Assembly (NCBI GenBank): GCA_964450845.1
Contig: CAYVGZ010000042.1
Location: 1-13,483 of the forward strand
Length of the DNA stretch: 13,483 bases
Origin: an uncultured Candidatus Bathyarchaeia archaeon
GTDB taxonomy: Archaea > Thermoproteota > Bathyarchaeia > Bathyarchaeales > Bathycorpusculaceae
Direction of reading: 5' to 3'
The translations under genes and the position numbers were made by a program. This document shows, piece by piece, positions 7,443 through 13,483 of this stretch (the first letter of the stretch is position 1; each line of letters opens with the position of its first letter). Below the pieces are notes generated by a model. It searched no databases. It had not been told where the DNA came from and was given only the letters and a program-made list of their open reading frames with translations.

Positions 7443-8519
7443 CTAGAGGAGATATAATGCAGGCGGCGTACACAAGACAAAAATCACTATCAAAACAACC
7501 GTTAAAAGCTTTCTACTCGCAGACAAACTAGACACATCATCCAAAGGACCAGGATGCTTATACATAGATATAAAGAGAACAAAAATAGCCATCACATAAA
7601 CTTTCAAAATAACCAAGTAAAAAACGGATAAGCCCATCAAAACAAACCTCAATTTCTCGCCAGCGATGGACCTTAGCACATGGCCCCCGTCAAGCATACC
7701 GGTAGGCAACAAGTTAAGCATCGTAACAACAATTCCCACCCAACCAGCAAACGCAAAAGGATGCAAAAGCAGCATTCCGCCAACAGGAGGTTGAGGAATC
7801 ATGTTTAGACTCTGAAGACCCATCTCAAGAAGAATCCACAACAAAGGTATGCCTATGGTGCCTGCTGGAACAGGTTGGGAAGGAATCAACATGGTTAAAC
7901 CTACTGCACTGACAATTGTTGCAATGATAAACCCAGCAATGGGACCGTCAGCCCCTACATCGAACAAGGCGTCTCTATTCGGAGGAAGAGACTTCTGCAT
8001 TATCACTGCACCCAGAGTCCCTAACGGTGGCGGTCCAGGAATAAAATAAGGCGGCGTTGCATTTATTCCTTTCTTGTTTGCTGTTATCTTGTGACCCATC
8101 TCATGAGTGCCAAGCACTGCCACCATGGCTATTGTGAAAGAAGCACCGCCGACGAAAGGATTAATCATATCAGGAGAAAGCATATAACCTGTAACAAAGG
8201 TCGTGGCAATTGTTGCAAAAAACAATATCCAGTTTATTAGAATGTTGCTTGGTTTTGTAGGAGGTTTTGGAACTATTTTTAAGACTATTTTTTTGTCCGT
8301 TTTTCGTAGCACTGCTATCGAATTCATTGCATCTAAAGCCTTAAGCAGTCTTAGAAAGGCTTGTTTTGTTTCTTGTGGTTGTTTCAGGTAGTAGGTTGGG
8401 GTGTTATGTTCCAACAAAGCCTCTTCTATTTGAAATTCTCCAGAAACTAGTGTGGTTATTTGTTCAAAATCGGTTTGGGCGAAAGGAGCTTCTGCTGGTT
8501 CGCTTGGTGTTTCGCTCAT
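7443..8519 (-). CDS. Site-2 protease, peptidase M50 (EGY/S2P-M50-like subfamily, no PDZ domain)
   Basis: HEMGH zinc motif, PYFIP...GTLGAVI...LFDVGADGPIAG, NLLPTGMLDGGH, multiple TM segments and a soluble N-terminal domain of about 90 aa. Confidence 0.95.
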   Translation of the reverse strand: MSETPSEPAEAPFAQTDFEQITTLVSGEFQIEEALLEHNTPTYYLKQPQETKQAFLRLLKALDAMNSIAVLRKTDKKIVLKIVPKPPTKPSNILINWILFFATIATTFVTGYMLSPDMINPFVGGASFTIAMVAVLGTHEMGHKITANKKGINATPPYFIPGPPPLGTLGAVIMQKSLPPNRDALFDVGADGPIAGFIIATIVSAVGLTMLIPSQPVPAGTIGIPLLWILLEMGLQSLNMIPQPPVGGMLLLHPFAFAGWVGIVVTMLNLLPTGMLDGGHVLRSIAGEKLRFVLMGLSVFYLVILKVYVMAIFVLFISMYKHPGPLDDVSSLSASRKLLTVVLIVIFVLCTPPALYLL

Positions 8520-8658
8520 AGTTCTTTATCCTTGTTTTGTTGCCGTATTAGAGTGTTTAGGAATAGAAAAATCTATTGGAATTCTGGCGTGTGTTCTTCT
8601 TTTTTCTAATATCGACCTAGTAAGACTATTTGCGACTAGTTTTCCTTTGAGAAAACCG

Positions 8659-8817
8659 CTATGCATCTACAACTCGTACTTTTTCAGTTTTATGACCCCA
8701 AGGAATTCTAAGGAAGCCTTCATTGAATTCTTTTAAAATTTCGCTTTCAATTTCATTACATTTTTTATCGAGCGATTCTGGAACCAAGAGAATTTCAATA
8801 ATCAGCTTTTTGACCAT
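8659..8817 (-). CDS. 52-aa hypothetical protein missed by the ORF track
   Basis: Hand translation: MVKKLIIEILLVPESLDKKCNEIESEILKEFNEGFLRIPWGHKTEKVRVVDA. It has a GGTGG SD-like motif just upstream, a strand-helix-strand amphipathic pattern, and fills an otherwise empty 450-bp gap codirectionally with its neighbours. Confidence 0.7.
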   Translation of the reverse strand: MVKKLIIEILLVPESLDKKCNEIESEILKEFNEGFLRIPWGHKTEKVRVVDA

Positions 8818-8866
8818 TCTACCACCAAATCAGAAAGAGTGATTTTTGTATTAATCATTTATTGTA

Positions 8867-8883
8867 GATTCGGATTCCGAATC
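8867..8883. repeat. Perfect 8-1-8 inverted repeat GATTCGGA-T-TCCGAATC
   Basis: Read directly; intergenic, 50-66 nt upstream of the 52-aa ORF. Confidence 0.85.
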
Positions 8884-8967
8884 CAAATCCTACTTGTCGT
8901 GAGCACCCATGGAATGTTTTGTTTACAAAACCTTGAAGAATTATATCTGGTTTGGATTCAGAATATG

Positions 8968-9186
8968 TTACTTTCTGAAAAGCTTTAACAGCCTAGGCTT
9001 CTTGCTTTCTTCGCCGGTTTTATAAACTTCAGAAAGTTCAAATTTGGCTCCGCAACATTTACACTGCACATGAATGTGGTCACCTTTTGTTCCCAACCAA
9101 AAGCCTTCCCTAGAATTGCATTTAGGACATATTTTGAAGCTGCCTGATGCAGTTTCAATTTCTTGCAGTTTCAAGCTCTTCTCCAA
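8968..9186 (-). CDS. Small Zn-ribbon protein (CPKC-x18-CKCC) with a basic C-terminal tail, function unknown
   Basis: Zn-ribbon Cys spacing. The true start may be TTG 9174, which has GGAG 6 nt upstream; GGAG is only 1 nt from TTG 9186. Confidence 0.78.
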   Translation of the reverse strand: MEKSLKLQEIETASGSFKICPKCNSREGFWLGTKGDHIHVQCKCCGAKFELSEVYKTGEESKKPRLLKLFRK

Positions 9187-9347
9187 TCTCCGTACGATGC
9201 TTCTTTTTCGAAAATTTAATGGTTTTGGTTTGGGTTTTAGGCGATTGATAAAGGCAAAATGGTTTGTTGATTTTAAACATGTTTAGTGCAAATGATTACA
9301 CATATCACCTGATCAAGCATGCGTAAATAGTTTGAAGAAACAGACCT

Positions 9348-9357
9348 AAAAACCAAA
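9348..9357 (-). terminator. Possible oligo-U terminator after cofE
   Basis: TTTGGTTTTT on minus, about 17 nt after the TAA stop. Confidence 0.3.
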
Positions 9358-9373
9358 CACGCTCCAGTCATAA

Positions 9374-10147
9374 TTACAATGCATTTCTAAAAAGGTCTTC
9401 TTCCCTTGAAATTTGCAGTTCTTTTATGCTGCATTTATTACAGAACTTGACGACATCGCTTAATCCCTTTAAAATGACGACGGGTCTTGCTTCTTTTGCT
9501 TGCCCCATAAGTAACTCTGCCGCAGAAGCAATTTCATCGACCACTGCAACATTTTTCACTGTAAGAATTTGCCCAAAAAGGTCCTTCTTCCCCCTATAAT
9601 CCTCAAAGGGTTTGATTCTAGCCACACCTATTGCAAAGTTCACTTGCCCACGCCTAAATGGGCGACTATAAGTGTCACATATGATCACTGCAACGTTTTT
9701 GCCTGTCAATTTCTTAATCTCCATGCGACATTTTTCTGCTGATTCATCTGGGTTTTCTGGCAATAACGCAAAATTTCCTCTGCCTTCCACGTTTGACTTG
9801 TCTATTCCAGCATTTATGCAGATTAAACCACGTTTATCTTCCACAATTAATATTCCACGAGAAGCCTTCACTATCTTTTTTGTTTCCTTCAAAACTAGCT
9901 CGACGAATCTCGGGCTTTTCCCGGTTATTTTTGCAATTTCTTCAGCTTTTTTAGAGGGAACAACATCTCTTAACCGTACCACTTTTTTTTCAGTTTTAGA
10001 AAAAATTTTCTGAGCAACAACTACCACATCTCCATCTTCAATCTTTAAACCGTTTTTTTCAGTCATCTCGACAATTATTCCAGCTATACTGTCTCCAGAT
10101 TTTATTAAAGGAAACTTGTCCAAAGCAAACGCAGTGAAAGCTTTCAA
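9374..10147 (-). CDS. cofE: Coenzyme F420-0:L-glutamate ligase
   Basis: FPLIKSGD, DGDVVVVAQKIFSK, NAGIDKSN, LLPENPDESA, VAVIICDT.SRPFRRG and DEIASAAELLMGQ...PVVILKG; TTG start with GGAGG 7 nt upstream. Confidence 0.95.
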   Translation of the reverse strand: MKAFTAFALDKFPLIKSGDSIAGIIVEMTEKNGLKIEDGDVVVVAQKIFSKTEKKVVRLRDVVPSKKAEEIAKITGKSPRFVELVLKETKKIVKASRGILIVEDKRGLICINAGIDKSNVEGRGNFALLPENPDESAEKCRMEIKKLTGKNVAVIICDTYSRPFRRGQVNFAIGVARIKPFEDYRGKKDLFGQILTVKNVAVVDEIASAAELLMGQAKEARPVVILKGLSDVVKFCNKCSIKELQISREEDLFRNAL

Positions 10148-10320
10148 ACATTTTCCTCCACTTTGCCTTTTATGGTTGTTCTCTTACTGCGTTAAATCTC
10201 TTGCTCATCTATCCTGTTACACTAGATGTTGCATAGATTTTGAAATTTTATTTTGAATTCATAATGTTTAAACTAACAATGATCAGAGGAATACTGTGAA
10301 CCCGGCTACAAACTGGATGC

Positions 10321-13035
10321 ATGAATATGAAGAAACAATTGAAAATGCTATTTATTTTACTGACTATAGCTTTTAGTATTTTTAGCTTTGCAAATAGAAC
10401 GTTATTTCCTGCTGTAAATGCAACTTATGTTGAAGGCCCGATTACGAAAGATACAGTTTGGACTCGGGTAGACAGCCCGTTTGTGGTGTCAAAAGATATT
10501 ATGGTTTATCCAAATGTGACATTGACCATAGAACCCGGTGTTGAAGTAAAGTTTGGAGGGTACTTCTCTCTAATCGTTTCTGGAATATTGTATGCGAATG
10601 GAACGGAGAAGACGATAACGTTCACTTCAAACAAGGAAGTGCCAGAAGTGGAAGACTGGAAAGCAATCAGATTTAATGGAATGGAAGAGTCTGCGTTAAT
10701 AGGCTGTTTTATAGCTTATGCAGAAGACGGAATATTTGTAGAGAATGGCAATGTAAAACTTGAAAATAGTACCATAAGCCTTTGTCAAAATGGAATCACA
10801 GTTGCAGATGGTAAACTAACAGTTGATGATAGCAGTGTTAGCCTTTGTCGCCAAAATGGGATTAACATAACAGGCAGTCAATCAACCGTACAAAACTGCC
10901 TGATAGCAGAGAACCAAGTAAACGGTATATGCATCACTGGTGATGGACAGATCACTATACAAGAAAACACTGTGTCAGCAAACGGAAATGGGATACTTTT
11001 AACTGGAAACGAAAATTCAAATGTGAACATAAGCCAAAATATAATCTCTGCAAACAAACAAAACGGAATACGTATCGATGCGAACAACACTGACGCTACA
11101 ATCGTTAATAACATTGTTGTATCAAACGATAATGCAGGATTTTACGTTTCAAGCACAAAAAGCACATACATCACTAATAACTCTGTCTCTTACAATAAAA
11201 TCGGCATTTTATATGATGACGGAGACCACAAAGCTGACTTCAACGACATATATAGTAACGAAATGGGCATGAACGTCTTAATGAATGCCACCGTAAATGC
11301 AGAATATAATTATTGGGGTGATAAAAGCGGACCATGTCACGAATCGTTAAATCCAAATGGACGGGGAAACCCCGTTGGCGGCGACGGAGTTAATCTTGAT
11401 TTCATATTCTTTTTAACTAAACCAATTGGCATTATCAATATCCGTCCAACAGCAATCCTTCTCACCGATAAGATTTGGGCTCGACCAAATGAAGATGTTA
11501 TGTTCTTTGCTGCAGATTCATTTGACAACGATGGACGCGTTGACAGATACTTTTTCGATTTTGGAGATGAAAGCAACAGTAGCTGGACGACATTATCGAT
11601 TTTCACCCACAAATATTCTTCAGTAGGAACTTATAACGCAACCTTAACGGTTATGGACGACTACGGCGCCACAAACAACACCATGGTTACAACAATAAAT
11701 GTTCAAAACCTCCCACAACTGCAAATTAGCGTTGACTTAAGCAATTCCACAGTCCACGAAGGAGAACAAGTTTCAATAGTAGCTTACGTGACATACGGAG
11801 CCGCTGCCGTAGAAAATGCGACCGTGACGATGTTTTCAGTAAAGGGTGGAAATTTCACGGAATCATCTGGATTAACCAATGCAAGTGGTTATTTCGTCAC
11901 AATCTTTACCGCACCAGAACTGACCGAAAACGCCAATGTTAGAATTGTTGCAAGAGCTTCAAAAATTGGTTTCACTGATGGTTCGGACTACAAGTACTTG
12001 GAAGTTATACCATTCCTTTCAGTCTACATAACTGCTCCGGAAGTTATAAAATCTGAGGAAACAGCACAGATCTTAATTCACGTCAAAAGTGGAGAGGAAC
12101 CCGTCAGTAATGCCAGCGTTACGATATTATCCAGTGATGGAAGCCTTTCCTCGGAAACTGGAACTACTGATTCAAACGGCATCGTTTCACTCGTTTTTAC
12201 AGCTCCTCAAACAACAACACTCCTGAATGTCAATATAATTGCGACCGCGACAAAAGACGACTACATGAATGGCATGGGTCAGATCATAGTAAGCATAGAG
12301 CCTAAAATGCTCGATGTCCAAATCATTGCTGAACCCGATTTTACAATTTCTGAGGCTGAATGCAACGTAACTGTTCATGTAGAATATGATGCGATCCCCA
12401 TGTCTGGGGCTGAAGTTACCGTGGTGGCGGAGAGCGGAAACTTCTCAACAGACACCGGGTTAACTGACGTTTATGGCAATGTGACATTCGTTTTCACAGC
12501 GCCATCAGTCAACGAACAATCTAGTATCAGTATTACAGCACAAGCCACAGAGGCGGGATATGCTCAGGGACAGAGCCTATTGGAAATAATAGTCAACCCT
12601 AGAACGTTTGACATTCAAGTAATCGCGCCAATAGTTGAGTCAGGAGAATCAGTGAATGTAATAGTTAACGTAACATGCAAAGAGGATGCGACTCCAGTCG
12701 TAGGCGCCGTGGTTACGATGTCGTCAGAAGAAGGAAACTTTTCAGTTATAACCAAGACTACTGATACTAAAGGCACTTGCACATTTGCTTTTGATGCTCC
12801 TCAAACAACAGAACAGACCTCCGTAGTCATAACAGTAAATGTAACCAAAAACGGATACGCTGATGGAGGAAAACAGAAAGCAATAACAGTGATTCCGAAA
12901 ACCGTTCCCCAAGCCGAAGGGGGCTGGCCCATTGTAACCATACTTCTGATTGTTATTCCAATAGTCATCGCCATTGTGGTTGTTGTTTTGATTAAGCTAA
13001 AAATCATCTCGGTCTCCTCGGAGGAAGAAGAGTAA
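10321..13035 (+). CDS. 904-aa membrane-anchored cell-surface protein: signal peptide, parallel beta-helix, PKD, four Ig-like (Big-1/invasin-like) repeats, C-terminal TM and acidic tail
   Basis: Signal peptide ending ...PAVNA/TYV; cap SPFVV..DI.V...VTLTIEPGVEVKF; NN/GI repeats ending NAEYNYWG..SGP; PKD about 11437-11706 (YFFDFGD...THKYSSVGTYNATLTVMD); TM from 12925; ends SSEEEE; many N-x-S/T sequons. Confidence 0.9.
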   Translation: MNMKKQLKMLFILLTIAFSIFSFANRTLFPAVNATYVEGPITKDTVWTRVDSPFVVSKDIMVYPNVTLTIEPGVEVKFGGYFSLIVSGILYANGTEKTITFTSNKEVPEVEDWKAIRFNGMEESALIGCFIAYAEDGIFVENGNVKLENSTISLCQNGITVADGKLTVDDSSVSLCRQNGINITGSQSTVQNCLIAENQVNGICITGDGQITIQENTVSANGNGILLTGNENSNVNISQNIISANKQNGIRIDANNTDATIVNNIVVSNDNAGFYVSSTKSTYITNNSVSYNKIGILYDDGDHKADFNDIYSNEMGMNVLMNATVNAEYNYWGDKSGPCHESLNPNGRGNPVGGDGVNLDFIFFLTKPIGIINIRPTAILLTDKIWARPNEDVMFFAADSFDNDGRVDRYFFDFGDESNSSWTTLSIFTHKYSSVGTYNATLTVMDDYGATNNTMVTTINVQNLPQLQISVDLSNSTVHEGEQVSIVAYVTYGAAAVENATVTMFSVKGGNFTESSGLTNASGYFVTIFTAPELTENANVRIVARASKIGFTDGSDYKYLEVIPFLSVYITAPEVIKSEETAQILIHVKSGEEPVSNASVTILSSDGSLSSETGTTDSNGIVSLVFTAPQTTTLLNVNIIATATKDDYMNGMGQIIVSIEPKMLDVQIIAEPDFTISEAECNVTVHVEYDAIPMSGAEVTVVAESGNFSTDTGLTDVYGNVTFVFTAPSVNEQSSISITAQATEAGYAQGQSLLEIIVNPRTFDIQVIAPIVESGESVNVIVNVTCKEDATPVVGAVVTMSSEEGNFSVITKTTDTKGTCTFAFDAPQTTEQTSVVITVNVTKNGYADGGKQKAITVIPKTVPQAEGGWPIVTILLIVIPIVIAIVVVVLIKLKIISVSSEEEE
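11719..12897 (+). repeat. Four tandem 97-99 aa Ig-like domain repeats (11719-12012, 12013-12303, 12304-12600, 12601-12897)
   Basis: Each repeat carries V..A.VT..S..G.FS...G.TD..G....F.AP......V.I.A.A.K.GY..G.....I.P. Confidence 0.9.
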
Positions 13036-13063
13036 TAGTGAGCGATGTGTCGTAAGACGTAAT

Positions 13064-13071
13064 ATTTAATA
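13064..13071 (+). promoter_or_regulatory. Candidate TATA box (ATTTAATA) for the secretion ATPase gene
   Basis: Lies in the 75-bp gap, about 40 nt before ATG 13111; GGAG SD at 13099-13102. Confidence 0.35.
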
Positions 13072-13110
13072 GTCTGGACATATCATTATCAGTAGATAGG
13101 AGAAAACGTC

Positions 13111-13483
13111 ATGGCAAAATTGCGGCTCAAGGAAAGTCTGACCAAACTGAAAAAAGTGAAAATTAGAATTAGGTTAAAGAAACATGAACAACTGCCCATC
13201 CCACCACCTCCACCCAAACCCATACCTAGAGGATTCAAAGTTGTTGACAAATATCCACTCTACGAACCTTTTGCCCACGTCGCCATAGTACAAAACCCAA
13301 AAACAGGTGAATACAAGTACGTACTAGATGAACTACAACTTGACCCGCTGGAAAGAAGCGTCTATAACCGCATTTTAGAAATACTGCTCGCAGAAATAGA
13401 GTCGCCAAAAGAAGAAATTCTTGACCCCAGAAAATTTTTTGCAGAAGAAGCCAAGAAAATTGTTGACAAATACCGCATAAGCC
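13111..13483 (+). CDS. Type II/IV secretion system (type IV pilus/archaellum-like, VirB11/TadA/FlaI family) ATPase, N-terminal part; runs off the right edge
   Basis: Hand translation: MAKLRLKESLTKLKKVKIRIRLKKHEQLPIPPPPPKPIPRGFKVVDKYPLYEPFAHVAIVQNPKTGEYKYVLDELQLDPLERSVYNRILEILLAEIE... The Y-x-L-x-x-PF-A-x-V-x-I...Y-x-Y-x-x-x-E pattern resembles the N-terminal domain of archaeal pilus ATPases. The Walker motifs are outside the window, so the call rests on the N-terminus only. Confidence 0.75.
   Translation, partial: MAKLRLKESLTKLKKVKIRIRLKKHEQLPIPPPPPKPIPRGFKVVDKYPLYEPFAHVAIVQNPKTGEYKYVLDELQLDPLERSVYNRILEILLAEIESPKEEILDPRKFFAEEAKKIVDKYRIS

Noticed and set aside
7431-7448. AGATCTAGAGCTCTAGAG resembles a polylinker (BglII-XbaI-SacI-XbaI) and contains a 14-bp palindrome
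   Set aside because: It includes the natural TAG stop of the M50 gene and has no flanking vector sequence; about one 14-bp palindrome is expected by chance in 13.5 kb.
8829-8860. C/D-box-like ATGATTA...CTGA on the minus strand
   Set aside because: No upstream C box/D' pair, and the putative guide is AT-rich and implausible for an rRNA target.
9205-9285. Palindromes TTTTCGAAAA (9205-9214) and TAAACATGTTTA (9274-9285)
   Set aside because: 10-12 bp AT-rich palindromes are expected several times per window, and the two are unrelated to each other.
9983-9990. A8 run inside cofE as a second phase-variation site
   Set aside because: The frame is intact, the run encodes EKK, and cofE is a housekeeping gene; used only as a control for the C25 tract.
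3529-10147. Functional link between GGR and cofE (F420H2 as reductant)
   Set aside because: They are 4.5 kb apart with unrelated genes between; nothing in the sequence supports coupling.
134-13007. Short antisense or alternate-frame track ORFs (e.g. 134-397, 2291-2491, 2668-2937, 3493-3750, 4264-4521, 5628-5864, 7849-8049, 8452-8736, 9672-10013, 10878-11114, 12801-13007)
   Set aside because: All overlap well-supported genes and show no recognisable motifs; they are shadow ORFs. 8452-8736 also conflicts with both the M50 start and the 52-aa ORF.
1-13483. tRNA, rRNA, CRISPR array, IS or integrase, or a foreign-GC island
   Set aside because: By eye I found no T-arm consensus, spaced direct repeats, transposase motifs or terminal repeats; spot GC counts (about 42-45%) did not differ clearly between regions.

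Overview
Archaeal chromosomal window, most likely Bathyarchaeia (Thermoproteota). This assignment is an inference from the Sulfolobus-type geranylgeranyl reductase, archaeal AsnA, CofE, GGAGGTGA/GGTGA Shine-Dalgarno motifs, frequent TTG starts and NosD-like surface proteins. Left to right: (1) a secreted parallel beta-helix protein running off the left edge (minus strand, missed by the ORF track); (2) a secreted gingipain-like C25 cysteine peptidase with PKD and an unknown C-terminal domain, split into two ORFs by one extra T in a T8 run; (3) an archaeal lipid geranylgeranyl reductase; (4) an Lrp/AsnC regulator divergent from asnA; (5) four small genes (two Zn-ribbons, a 2-TM protein and a 52-aa ORF absent from the track) around an EGY-like M50 site-2 protease; (6) cofE; (7) a 904-aa membrane-anchored beta-helix/PKD/4xIg surface protein; (8) the 5' end of a type II/IV secretion (type IV pilus) ATPase gene (also missed by the track). 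I saw no tRNA, rRNA, CRISPR array or mobile element. The best leads are the homopolymer-frameshifted protease, the Lrp-asnA divergon with helically phased palindromes, and the adhesin-like gene in front of the pilus ATPase. None is a demonstrated new system.
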